A DNA stretch of 64,000 bases from Desulfuromonadales bacterium. Its GTDB lineage: Bacteria; Desulfobacterota; Desulfuromonadia; Desulfuromonadales; UBA2197. The notes beneath the pieces were generated by a model. It did no database searches, was not told the DNA's origin, and saw nothing but the letters and a program-made list of their open reading frames with translations. Location: contig JAXMLA010000317.1 of NCBI GenBank assembly GCA_034370465.1, forward strand, positions 270 to 64,269. The letters are read 5' to 3'. This document shows, in pieces, positions 30,775-39,033 of the stretch; the first letter of the stretch is position 1, and each line of letters opens with the position of its first letter. Both the position numbers and the translations under genes were made by a program.

Positions 30775-32747
30775 GATGGGTCATCCTCGGGGTCGAGCGG
30801 CAGCGTCACGACAAAGGTCGTTCCCTGACCGGGGTGGCTGTGCACCTTGATCCGGCCGTGGTGAAAATCGATGATCTGCCGGGTAATGGCGAGACCGAGT
30901 CCGGTCCCCCGTGCTTTCGTGGTGTAAAACGGTTCAAAGATCTGCTCCAGCTGCTCCGGCGCCATACCGACCCCGGAATCGCGGAATTCAATCTCGACAC
31001 ATTTATCGTCAAGCGCACGGGTGCTGACCGTCAGGACTCCCCCCTGCGGCATCGCTGCTCCGGCATTAAGGATAAGATTGATCGCCACCTGCCGCAACTG
31101 ATCACCATCTGCGCGCAGCAGTGGCAAGCCGGTGGTAAAGTTCCTTTCGATCTGCACCTGATGCATGTCAGTATGGTTGGCGGCAAAGTTGAGAATCTCT
31201 GCCAGCAGCAGGTTTAAATCGATCGTCTCCAGCGCCGGTTGTGGCGTCCGGGCGTAACTGAGCAGGTTCTGGACAATCTTTTTACAGCGCTTGCTTTCCC
31301 GTTTGATCTCATGAATGTAGTTATAGTTCGGATCATCTTCGGGAATCTTCCCCTCCAGATAACTGGCATAACCGAGGATGACACCGAGGGGATTATTGAT
31401 TTCATGCGCAACGCCGGAAGAAAGGACCCCCAGGGAGGCCATCTTCCCTTGCTGCGCCAGGGCGGTCTCCATCTCACGGTGACACTTGATCATTTCGGTC
31501 ATGCGATTGAAAGTGGCGGCAAGTTCCCCCATTTCATCGTGACTCTTGACCCGGACCGGTTGATCGAAACGGCCGCGCTTGACCTGGCGGATCCCTTCGA
31601 GCATGCGCTGAATCGGCCGGGTGACGATCTTCGAAACAAAGATCACCAGCAAAATTGAAACCAGACAGGTGGCGGTGGTCAGTAGTAACATACTGACAAA
31701 AGTCCGAACCCGCAACGCGTTGGCGGCTTCGTAAAATTCATCTTCGTACGAACCGACAGCGACCACCCAATCCCAGGGAGCAAAGTAGACGTAACGGGCG
31801 ATCTTCTGGCGCGGTGCCCGTTCCCCTTCATTTTGCCAGGGGTAACGGATCCACCCCTGCTTGTTGGCGCGCATCTCCCGTAAAAAAGCCTTCCCCTCGG
31901 CATCACGGGCATCAAGATGATTCTCCCCTTCACTCAAAGGGTGAATTGTAAAGATCCCGGCGCCATCGATGGCATAGATATAGCCGGTGCGCCCGACCTT
32001 CTTCTCTTTCAGGCGGGCCTTGAGGTCTTCGAAGGATTTTCGCTCAAAAGCGATATCTTCGGCCGTTTCATCGAGATAACCACTGGCGGCAATAATCCAG
32101 TCCCATTGCGGGAAGTAACGGTAGGCGGCAATCTTCATCCGCGCCTGCCGGTCACCGAGCTCCGCATTGCGCCAGGGATAAGTGATAAAGAGGACCTCCC
32201 CGGGTTGCGCCTTAAGTGCCGTCTCGATCATCTCCCGGATGAAGAAACGGCCGTTTTCATCCTGGGCAGCGAAGATATTCTCCCCCTGCTGCGCCACATG
32301 CGCCTGCAGAACCCCCTGGCTGTTGACCGCATAAAGATAGCCGCTCGGGCCGACACTGACTTTGAGTAGCGCTTTGCGGGCCTCTTCCTGAGCGGCCGCC
32401 AGCGGGACCCCGGAACGGCGATGTTGATCGTTCTGGCTCTCAGCAATCCCCCAGGCGATACTGGCAAGGGCCTTGAGATCCCGATTGAAACTCTCGCGCT
32501 TATCTTGACGATAGACCTGAAATTGCTGGTAATGAGCGCTGAGCAGATCGACGGTAAAGGCGGCCATGTGATCGAGATCAGCTTCACTGCTGCGGGTTAT
32601 CCCCAAAGTCGCCTGACTGGCGCCGATGTAACCGACGACACTGCCGACGATGATGACCGGCAGCACCACCAGCGGCAAAACGACGACGAGGAGTTTACCG
32701 CGCAGCTTGAGATTGCGAAACCATTCAACCAGGTAGGGGATCTTCAT
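30771..32747 (-). CDS. sensor histidine kinase with periplasmic double-Cache domain, HAMP, HisKA, HATPase_c
   Basis: Two TM segments flank a ~300-aa region with repeated Cache-like blocks (YLYAVNSQGVLQAH..., YIYAIDGAGIFTIHP...). The H-box is SSGVAHEINNPL. N and G boxes are present. Confidence 0.9.
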   Translation of the reverse strand: MKIPYLVEWFRNLKLRGKLLVVVLPLVVLPVIIVGSVVGYIGASQATLGITRSSEADLDHMAAFTVDLLSAHYQQFQVYRQDKRESFNRDLKALASIAWGIAESQNDQHRRSGVPLAAAQEEARKALLKVSVGPSGYLYAVNSQGVLQAHVAQQGENIFAAQDENGRFFIREMIETALKAQPGEVLFITYPWRNAELGDRQARMKIAAYRYFPQWDWIIAASGYLDETAEDIAFERKSFEDLKARLKEKKVGRTGYIYAIDGAGIFTIHPLSEGENHLDARDAEGKAFLREMRANKQGWIRYPWQNEGERAPRQKIARYVYFAPWDWVVAVGSYEDEFYEAANALRVRTFVSMLLLTTATCLVSILLVIFVSKIVTRPIQRMLEGIRQVKRGRFDQPVRVKSHDEMGELAATFNRMTEMIKCHREMETALAQQGKMASLGVLSSGVAHEINNPLGVILGYASYLEGKIPEDDPNYNYIHEIKRESKRCKKIVQNLLSYARTPQPALETIDLNLLLAEILNFAANHTDMHQVQIERNFTTGLPLLRADGDQLRQVAINLILNAGAAMPQGGVLTVSTRALDDKCVEIEFRDSGVGMAPEQLEQIFEPFYTTKARGTGLGLAITRQIIDFHHGRIKVHSHPGQGTTFVVTLPLDPEDDPS

Positions 32748-32755
32748 CTTGACCC

Positions 32756-33511
32756 TTAACGGCTGACATCACGGGCAGTGCGACGTTTTGCCGCCAGCTC
32801 CTGCCGCAACCAGTCGTACCAGGAAGAAAGACCAACCCCGCTTTGGCAGGAGAGCTCAAAGATGCGGACCTGCGGATTCACCTGCCGGGCAAAAGCTTTA
32901 CACTGCTCGATATCGAAGCGCAGGTAAGGGAGGAGGTCGATCTTGGTAAGGAGGAGAATGTCGGCGGCCTTGAACATATCCGGATACTTGAGGGGTTTAT
33001 CCTCCCCTTCCGTCACCGAGAGGAGGGCAATCTTCGCATCTTCACCGAGGTCAAATGAAGCCGGGCAGACGAGGTTGCCGACATTTTCAATCATGAGGAT
33101 ATCAAGGGGGAGGCCTGCGAAGTTTTCCATGCCGTGCCCGACCATATGCGCATCAAGATGACAGCCGCTGCCGGTATTGATCTGCACGGCCGGCACCCCG
33201 GTGGCGGCGATCCGCTCGGCATCGTTGCTCGTCTGCTGGTCCCCTTCGAGGACGGCAAAATGCACTTCATGCTGCAAATCGCTGAGGGTCCGCTCAAGCA
33301 GAGTCGTTTTTCCGGAACCGGGTGAGCTGACCAGATTATAAACGAGCAGGCCTTTTTCCTGAAAGAAGCGACGATTCCCGGCGGCGAGGCGATTATTCTT
33401 GGCAAGGAGATCTTCCTCAATCCGGACGACCCGTCCCGGACTCAGTTCAGCGACGGGAGGGTGATGGTGATGATGATGGCCGCTCGGGCCACAACCGCAA
33501 TCAGTACACAT
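32756..33511 (-). CDS. hypB: hydrogenase nickel incorporation GTPase HypB
   Basis: MCTDCGC, a His6 stretch, and P-loop SSPGSGKTTLLE. Confidence 0.95.
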   Translation of the reverse strand: MCTDCGCGPSGHHHHHHPPVAELSPGRVVRIEEDLLAKNNRLAAGNRRFFQEKGLLVYNLVSSPGSGKTTLLERTLSDLQHEVHFAVLEGDQQTSNDAERIAATGVPAVQINTGSGCHLDAHMVGHGMENFAGLPLDILMIENVGNLVCPASFDLGEDAKIALLSVTEGEDKPLKYPDMFKAADILLLTKIDLLPYLRFDIEQCKAFARQVNPQVRIFELSCQSGVGLSSWYDWLRQELAAKRRTARDVSR

Positions 33512-33513
33512 GC

Positions 33514-33855
33514 TCAGTCAACCTCCACTTCGACGACGCGCAGCTCCTCCCCCTGCAACCGTTCCAGAGAAAAGCCGCCGCAGGCGGGACAGGCAACGGT
33601 ATAGGTGTCAAGGGCGCACTCGGCGTGACAGTCATAACACCGTCCACGACCGGGGATAAAGACGATCTCCAAACGACTCCCCTCAAGGAGGGTGCCGCGG
33701 CTGCAGGCTTCAAAACAGAACTCGACCGATTCCGGGACAACGCCGGCAAGAGCGCCGATCTCGACTTTGACCGAGCGCACCTGGGTGGCGCCGTTTTTCC
33801 GCGCGGCGCCTTCGGCAATCTCCACCAGATGTTGGGTCAAACCGAGTTCATGCAT
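33514..33855 (-). CDS. hypA: hydrogenase maturation nickel metallochaperone HypA
   Basis: MHELGL start, and zinc motifs CYDC...CPAC. The track ORF begins 5 codons earlier. Confidence 0.9.
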   Translation of the reverse strand: MHELGLTQHLVEIAEGAARKNGATQVRSVKVEIGALAGVVPESVEFCFEACSRGTLLEGSRLEIVFIPGRGRCYDCHAECALDTYTVACPACGGFSLERLQGEELRVVEVEVD

Positions 33856-33934
33856 GTCAATCAGGTCCATTCTGTGTGAGAATAAAAGCTTATAGCATGC
33901 CTTTTACAACGGCGTAAAGGATTGGTCAGGGCCC

Positions 33935-34708
33935 ATGGTCGAACTCTTTGACACGCATATTCATCTTGATCGCCTGCCAGGTGACGATCTGGCAAACGAA
34001 ATCGAACAGGCGCGGCAACAGGGAATTTATTCCTTCCTGATTCCGGGGATCGCGCCAGCGAACTGGGATACCTTGACAAACCTCGCCGGGGAGCATGCCG
34101 GACTCTTCCTCGCCCCCGGCGTCCACCCTTTGGCAGCAGAATCCTGGTCGCCGCAGGTCGAGGAGCGGCTCGTCCAACTCCTTGCGCATCCGGCGGTGGT
34201 CGCCATCGGCGAGATCGGTCTTGACAGCAAGCTGCCCGTTCCCTTGGGGCTGCAGGAACAGGTCTGTCGCGCCCAACTGCGTCTTTCTGTCGCCGCCGGC
34301 CGGCCAGTCCTGCTCCATTGTCGCGGTCTCCTCACGCGCTGTTTAGAAATTTTCCAGGAAGAGCAGGGGCCACGCGTCGGCGGAATCCTCCATGCTTTTT
34401 CCGGTAGCGTCGAGGTGGCAAAGGTGGCGCTACGCTTGAATCTATCCCTCGGTTTCGGCGGCGGCATTACCTGGCCCGAGGCACGTCGCGCTCCGGAGGT
34501 GCTGCGCACCTTACCGGCAACCGCCTTTGTCCTCGAAAGCGATGCCCCGGATCAGAGCCCGGAACCGTACCGCCACGAGCGCAACCGGCCGCAGTGGCTG
34601 ACCCTCACCGCCAGACGCTGTGCCGAACTGCGCCAGTGCTCGCTGGAGGAAGTTGCCGCGCAAACGACAACCAATGCCCGGCGGATACTGAATCTGCCAT
34701 CCTCGTAA
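33935..34708 (+). CDS. TatD-family metal-dependent hydrolase
   Basis: LFDTHIHLD...AIGEIGLD...LLHCR...ESDAPD. Confidence 0.9.
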   Translation: MVELFDTHIHLDRLPGDDLANEIEQARQQGIYSFLIPGIAPANWDTLTNLAGEHAGLFLAPGVHPLAAESWSPQVEERLVQLLAHPAVVAIGEIGLDSKLPVPLGLQEQVCRAQLRLSVAAGRPVLLHCRGLLTRCLEIFQEEQGPRVGGILHAFSGSVEVAKVALRLNLSLGFGGGITWPEARRAPEVLRTLPATAFVLESDAPDQSPEPYRHERNRPQWLTLTARRCAELRQCSLEEVAAQTTTNARRILNLPSS

Positions 34709-34840
34709 ACCGGTCCTGTACTGAATTGAACGAATGGAAGTTTCTACGGATTGAGGTCATCTATGGACTGAAGGTTTTCGCACTTTGGGGGAAGGCGAAG
34801 AATGGAGGCAGGCTGGTCCCCAGGATTCTTGCCGGAGGGA

Positions 34841-35074
34841 TCATTTATCGGGCAAGCGATTGCGAATGATCCGCATAAATAGGACACCGAGAATGGTAAG
34901 GCTCAGCCCGGCAAAGAGGAGGACGTAACCAAAGCTGTCCATGCGCCCCCAGTCGCCATAACTCTGCCCCTTCATCAAGACCATCAATGCGACGCCGCAA
35001 AAGATGCTGATCCCGCCAAGGATATAAAGGATCAAAGAAGCATAGATCAGGACATAACCGGTATTCTTCTTCAT
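34841..35074 (-). CDS. small two-TM membrane protein, hypothetical
   Basis: MKKNTGYVLIYASLILYILGG...VLFMRIIRNRLPDK. There is no clear SD, and it starts ~15 nt after the upstream terminator tail. Confidence 0.45.
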   Translation of the reverse strand: MKKNTGYVLIYASLILYILGGISIFCGVALMVLMKGQSYGDWGRMDSFGYVLLFAGLSLTILGVLFMRIIRNRLPDK

Positions 35075-35086
35075 AGGAGACGCCGT

Positions 35087-35122
35087 CAAAAGTAAAGTGG
35101 GGCGCCGAATGCGGCGCCCCAC
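35087..35122 (-). terminator. intrinsic terminator after cytochrome gene
   Basis: 12-bp stem AGTGGGGCGCCG/CGGCGCCCCACT with a 4-nt loop and a U-rich tail on the minus strand. Confidence 0.65.
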
Positions 35123-35133
35123 TTTCTGTTTAG

Positions 35134-36984
35134 TTAGTGCCCTGATCCGGTCGCCAGGGCCAGAATCATCAGAATCAGGCAACCGAGGCCGGTGAATAAG
35201 GCGATGAAGCCGAAGCCTTTCAGCACAAAGTCATAAAAGACGCCGCTCGGTTTTTTTACAACGTATTTTTCGAGGGTGCCGTCTTCTTCGTAGCGCCGCC
35301 ACTGGTCGCCACGCTCTTCGATAAACTCTTCTTTCGACATCTGACCATTAAAGATAACAAAGTCCATGGGGAACTTTTCCGGCCGCCCGTGCGTGTTGAA
35401 GAAGTGAACGGTGAAGATAAAGCCGGTGGCAAGGAGGGCTTCGTCGGAGTGGACAATCGTCGCGACATTGAAGGCCCAACCCGGCAGGACGACGCCGAAG
35501 ATCTCGGGGAACCACAACATCAGACCGGAGCCGCCGATGGCAAACATACCCCAGAAGACCGCGATGAAGTCGAACTTTTCCCAGTAGGTCCAGCGTTCAA
35601 AGGTCGGTTTCGGACCCATGAAGAGGAACCATTTGACCATCCCGATCACATCTCTGACATCACGGAAGTTCGGACAAAGAGATTCCGGCCCGAAGAGGCG
35701 CTGCAGGAAGTTTCCCTTCACCTTCTTATCGATAAAGAGGAAGTTGATCGTCATGAGGATGGCGGTCAGGAAGTAGGCAAAGGTCAGAACCGCACAAGCC
35801 CGATGGATCAAGCCGGCATTGGCGGTACCGCCAAAGAACTCCATCATAAAACGCGCCCAGCCCTGGTCAGCAAACTTCAGCGGCAGACCGGTGAGGGAGA
35901 GACCGAGGAAACTGACGATGACGGTGAGGTGCATGACAATATGACGACCGGTAAAACGGCGATACTGCTTGTGCCCATCCGGAATAACATGGGCGATATG
36001 ACCAGCGTGCAGCTCTGCCAGCTTTTCCCGGTTTTCGACAAAACCACGGAAGAGCCAGAGGAGGGTATGAATCCAGAAGACGGTGAAAGTTCCGAGGAGG
36101 AGCCCGGTCATCAGCACGAAGGTCCAGTACAGAACCGGATACTCGGCCGAATCGGTCATGTCGGCATGGGCATAATATTCGGTAAAGGGAACCGTTGCCT
36201 TGGGGTGACAGGCGCCACAGGTCTTGACCAGATTGGCCGGGTTGATGCTCGACCGGATATCCTGCGGCGGGAGAATCGAGTGCGAAGTATGGCAATCAGC
36301 GCAACCGGCCGCTTTTTCCGGAAAACCAAGGCGGTAGTTCTTGCCGTGATAACTGTCGAGATAGGTCTTGACCGCAATCTTGGTGATGCCATTGCGCTCC
36401 ATCATCTCTTCATCGGCATGACACTTCAAGCAGACCTTGGTGTGAAATTCTTTCCCTTCTTTCGACGCTTCTTCGCCGATGGGCTGAATCTCGTGCAGGT
36501 TATGGCAGTCATTGCAAGCCGCGGAATCCGGATTGCCGTCTAAAACGGCCTTACCATGAAAGGAGGCCATATAAGTGTCGGCAAGATCATGGCAGTTGCT
36601 GCAAGTCGCAACGACCTTCGCTTTATCCCCTTGCCAGGGTTGATGCACGTGGATATCGGTGTGACATTCAAAACACTTGATGTCATTGAGCATGTGCACG
36701 CTGCTGTAGTGCTCGTTCGTCTCTTTTTTATGACAGCGGACACACTTGACATCGCCCGGCATCTGCTCGCCATCTTCATGGCGTTTCAGGTCGGTAATTT
36801 CGAGATGGCAACTGGTGCAGCCGTTCTGGCCATGGACCGATTGAGAAAAGGTCTTCATCGTCGCGACCTTGTCGTGACACTTGAGGCATTCCTCGGGGTT
36901 TAGGGCGACGCCATCTGCCAAAACTACACACGGTGCCAACAGCAGGAGCGCCAGTACCATCCATCGATAAATCCTCACAACCAT
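35134..36984 (-). CDS. inner-membrane multiheme cytochrome: 9 CXXCH c-type domain fused to HydC/FdnI-like b-type membrane domain (CbcL-like)
   Basis: A signal peptide, then nine CXXCH motifs: CLKCH, CTSCH, CVRCH, CFECH, CSNCH, CNDCH, CLKCH, CADCH, CGACH. Multiple TM helices with conserved His follow. This is the same architecture reported for Geobacter CbcL. Confidence 0.85.
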   Translation of the reverse strand: MVVRIYRWMVLALLLLAPCVVLADGVALNPEECLKCHDKVATMKTFSQSVHGQNGCTSCHLEITDLKRHEDGEQMPGDVKCVRCHKKETNEHYSSVHMLNDIKCFECHTDIHVHQPWQGDKAKVVATCSNCHDLADTYMASFHGKAVLDGNPDSAACNDCHNLHEIQPIGEEASKEGKEFHTKVCLKCHADEEMMERNGITKIAVKTYLDSYHGKNYRLGFPEKAAGCADCHTSHSILPPQDIRSSINPANLVKTCGACHPKATVPFTEYYAHADMTDSAEYPVLYWTFVLMTGLLLGTFTVFWIHTLLWLFRGFVENREKLAELHAGHIAHVIPDGHKQYRRFTGRHIVMHLTVIVSFLGLSLTGLPLKFADQGWARFMMEFFGGTANAGLIHRACAVLTFAYFLTAILMTINFLFIDKKVKGNFLQRLFGPESLCPNFRDVRDVIGMVKWFLFMGPKPTFERWTYWEKFDFIAVFWGMFAIGGSGLMLWFPEIFGVVLPGWAFNVATIVHSDEALLATGFIFTVHFFNTHGRPEKFPMDFVIFNGQMSKEEFIEERGDQWRRYEEDGTLEKYVVKKPSGVFYDFVLKGFGFIALFTGLGCLILMILALATGSGH

Positions 36985-37164
36985 AACGATTCCTCCCTTT
37001 TCTCTCCTGATGACTTCGACTACATGCGACAGATTAAACGCAGAACACTCAATCTAGCGGACACAATCTACAGATTGACCAACTTAATTTCAACAAAAAA
37101 GTTTAATAAAACATTGTTTTTGTTCGCATTGTCATATAATTGCAGAATTTTAATGTCGTCGACC

Positions 37165-37198
37165 AAAAAAAGGGTGCAGCCCTTTGGCAGCACCCTTA
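37165..37198 (-). terminator. intrinsic terminator after atpE
   Basis: AAGGGTGCaGCC cttt GGCaGCACCCTT, followed on the minus strand by T7. Confidence 0.7.
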
Positions 37199-37222
37199 AT
37201 CTTTCAACCGCAGCAATAGAAT

Positions 37223-37498
37223 TTACTGAGCAGCTTGTCCGGCCAACTGCATCACCTGAGCGGTGAAGGGGTTGGCGAAAAGAATAATCATGCAGACAAC
37301 GAAAACATAGATAGCGAGGGACTCGATCATGGCCAGACCGATCATCATCGTGGTCAGGATCTTGCCGCTGGCGCCAGGGTTACGGGCAACCCCTTCAACT
37401 GCGCTCTTGATTGCCAATCCCTGGCCGAGGCCGGTACCGAAAGAACCGATCGCCATGCCGAAACCGGCAGCAATCATACACCAAGCAAAAAACGTCAT
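37223..37498 (-). CDS. atpE: F0 ATP synthase subunit c
   Basis: 91 aa hairpin protein with GLGQGLA...ARNPGA...GLAMIESLAIYVFVV. Confidence 0.95.
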   Translation of the reverse strand: MTFFAWCMIAAGFGMAIGSFGTGLGQGLAIKSAVEGVARNPGASGKILTTMMIGLAMIESLAIYVFVVCMIILFANPFTAQVMQLAGQAAQ

Positions 37499-37574
37499 TG
37501 TACTACTCCTTCCAAAAATGGGGGTTAATTGTTCCTATACAGATAGGACCAAGGCGGAAAACAGTCAGCAAAGG

Positions 37575-38270
37575 TTAATGGGCATCTTCAAGAGCCCCGG
37601 CAATATAGATCATCGCCAGGAGGGAGAAGACAAAGGCCTGAATAAAGGCAACAAGCACCCCCATCAGCATCATCGGAATCGGCAGCAAAAAGGGGACCAG
37701 GGTAAAGAAGATCATCAAAACAATCTCATGGCCGTACATGTTGCCGAATAGACGCAGGGACAAGGAGAGCGGCCGCGCCAGATGCCCGATCATTTCAATA
37801 ATGATCATCAGCGGTGCCAGCCAGATAATCGGGCCGGTAAAGTGCTTGATGTAGTGGGTGCCGTGCTCTTTTAGTCCAATGATATGGGTCATGAAGAAGA
37901 CGATCAAAGCCAAGGCGACATTGGTATTGAGATTCGCGGTCGGCGGGAAGAAGCCCGGGATCAGACCGAGGAGGTTCGATGTCAGGATAAAGAGGGCGAA
38001 GGTGGCGATCAATGGGAAGTAAGCCTTGCCCTTGGGCCCCATCGTCTCTTCCACAAGATTTTCCAGACCGGAGACGACGACTTCCATGAAATTCTGCAGG
38101 CCGCCAGGGACCATCTTCAGCCCACGGGAAGCCGCAAAGGCCAGAGACATCAACAGGAAGAGGACGACCCATGTATATGTGACCGTCCGCAAACTGAGAG
38201 GATCGGCAATCAGGTTGTGCAGCTGCAACTGAGCAGAGAGCCAGTCGAGGAACATAAAAGGATGGATCAT
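37575..38270 (-). CDS. atpB: F0 ATP synthase subunit a
   Basis: 231 aa with the conserved LSLRLFGNM motif. Confidence 0.95.
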   Translation of the reverse strand: MIHPFMFLDWLSAQLQLHNLIADPLSLRTVTYTWVVLFLLMSLAFAASRGLKMVPGGLQNFMEVVVSGLENLVEETMGPKGKAYFPLIATFALFILTSNLLGLIPGFFPPTANLNTNVALALIVFFMTHIIGLKEHGTHYIKHFTGPIIWLAPLMIIIEMIGHLARPLSLSLRLFGNMYGHEIVLMIFFTLVPFLLPIPMMLMGVLVAFIQAFVFSLLAMIYIAGALEDAH

Positions 38271-38273
38271 GAA

Positions 38274-38657
38274 TCAACGCCTCCTTGATACGGTCAATCT
38301 CGCGATCGTGGTCCAGAAGAGACTGACAACCACCACCGAAAGACCTGCTGCCAGGGCCAGGGGGTTCACCCGCAACACGGCAACGCAGAAATAAAGCGCC
38401 GCTGCCACGGTGGCAAGACGGAGCAGATAACTCGATTGAAACCGGCGGGCAGAGCCGGAATCAAGCTGGACAAACATTTTGATCAAACTGAACTGCATCC
38501 AGTGGAAACTGAGGAGAGCCACCGCTCCGCCACACAAAACACCGAGAAAGACGCTCAGCGACTGCCAGAATAGACTTAAAAAGAGCAGAGCAGCAAAGAC
38601 CATCAGATTCCGGCGGGCCAACTGCCAAGGCAACTCTTCATCACTTATTACGGTCAC
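38274..38657 (-). CDS. atpI: ATP synthase protein I-like membrane protein
   Basis: 127 aa four-TM protein immediately upstream of atpB. Confidence 0.7.
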   Translation of the reverse strand: MTVISDEELPWQLARRNLMVFAALLFLSLFWQSLSVFLGVLCGGAVALLSFHWMQFSLIKMFVQLDSGSARRFQSSYLLRLATVAAALYFCVAVLRVNPLALAAGLSVVVVSLFWTTIARLTVSRRR

Positions 38658-38898
38658 CTTCGCTGGAACTTTCCGCCTGCTGCCGCTTTAACTCACGATC
38701 AGTCAGAATGTAAACGTTACGAAATCCGGCCACGATACCGAAACAGAGGAAGACCAGGGTCATCCAGGGGGTGGTTCCGAGCCAGCGATCCAGATAGTAA
38801 CCGATCGCCAGACCGATCAGCGTCGCCGCCACCATCGAGATGCCAAGTCCGGACAAGAACCCCATCGACTTGATGAGCTGGCGGCGCTGCTCTTTCAT
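38641..38898 (-). CDS. AtpZ/ATPase_gene1-type small membrane protein
   Basis: 85 aa, GLGISMVAATLIGLAIGYYLDRWLGTTPW. It is the first gene of the atp F0 cluster. Confidence 0.7.
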   Translation of the reverse strand: MKEQRRQLIKSMGFLSGLGISMVAATLIGLAIGYYLDRWLGTTPWMTLVFLCFGIVAGFRNVYILTDRELKRQQAESSSEGDRNK

Positions 38899-39033
38899 TC
38901 ACTCAGGAACCCTTCTGACCAGCCGGTCTTTCGAGCCGCGTCTTAATATCACACCACCCATATCGTGTCAACCTACTTTACGGCGGAAAAACACGTGTTA
39001 TCCTCTTGACCGCAGAAGGAAAGAACACCGATA

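Noticed and set aside
37024-37266. 80-aa plus-strand ORF in the gap between the cytochrome gene and atpE
   Set aside because: It lies in AT-rich promoter/terminator DNA, reads across the atpE terminator and into atpE antisense, and has no SD.
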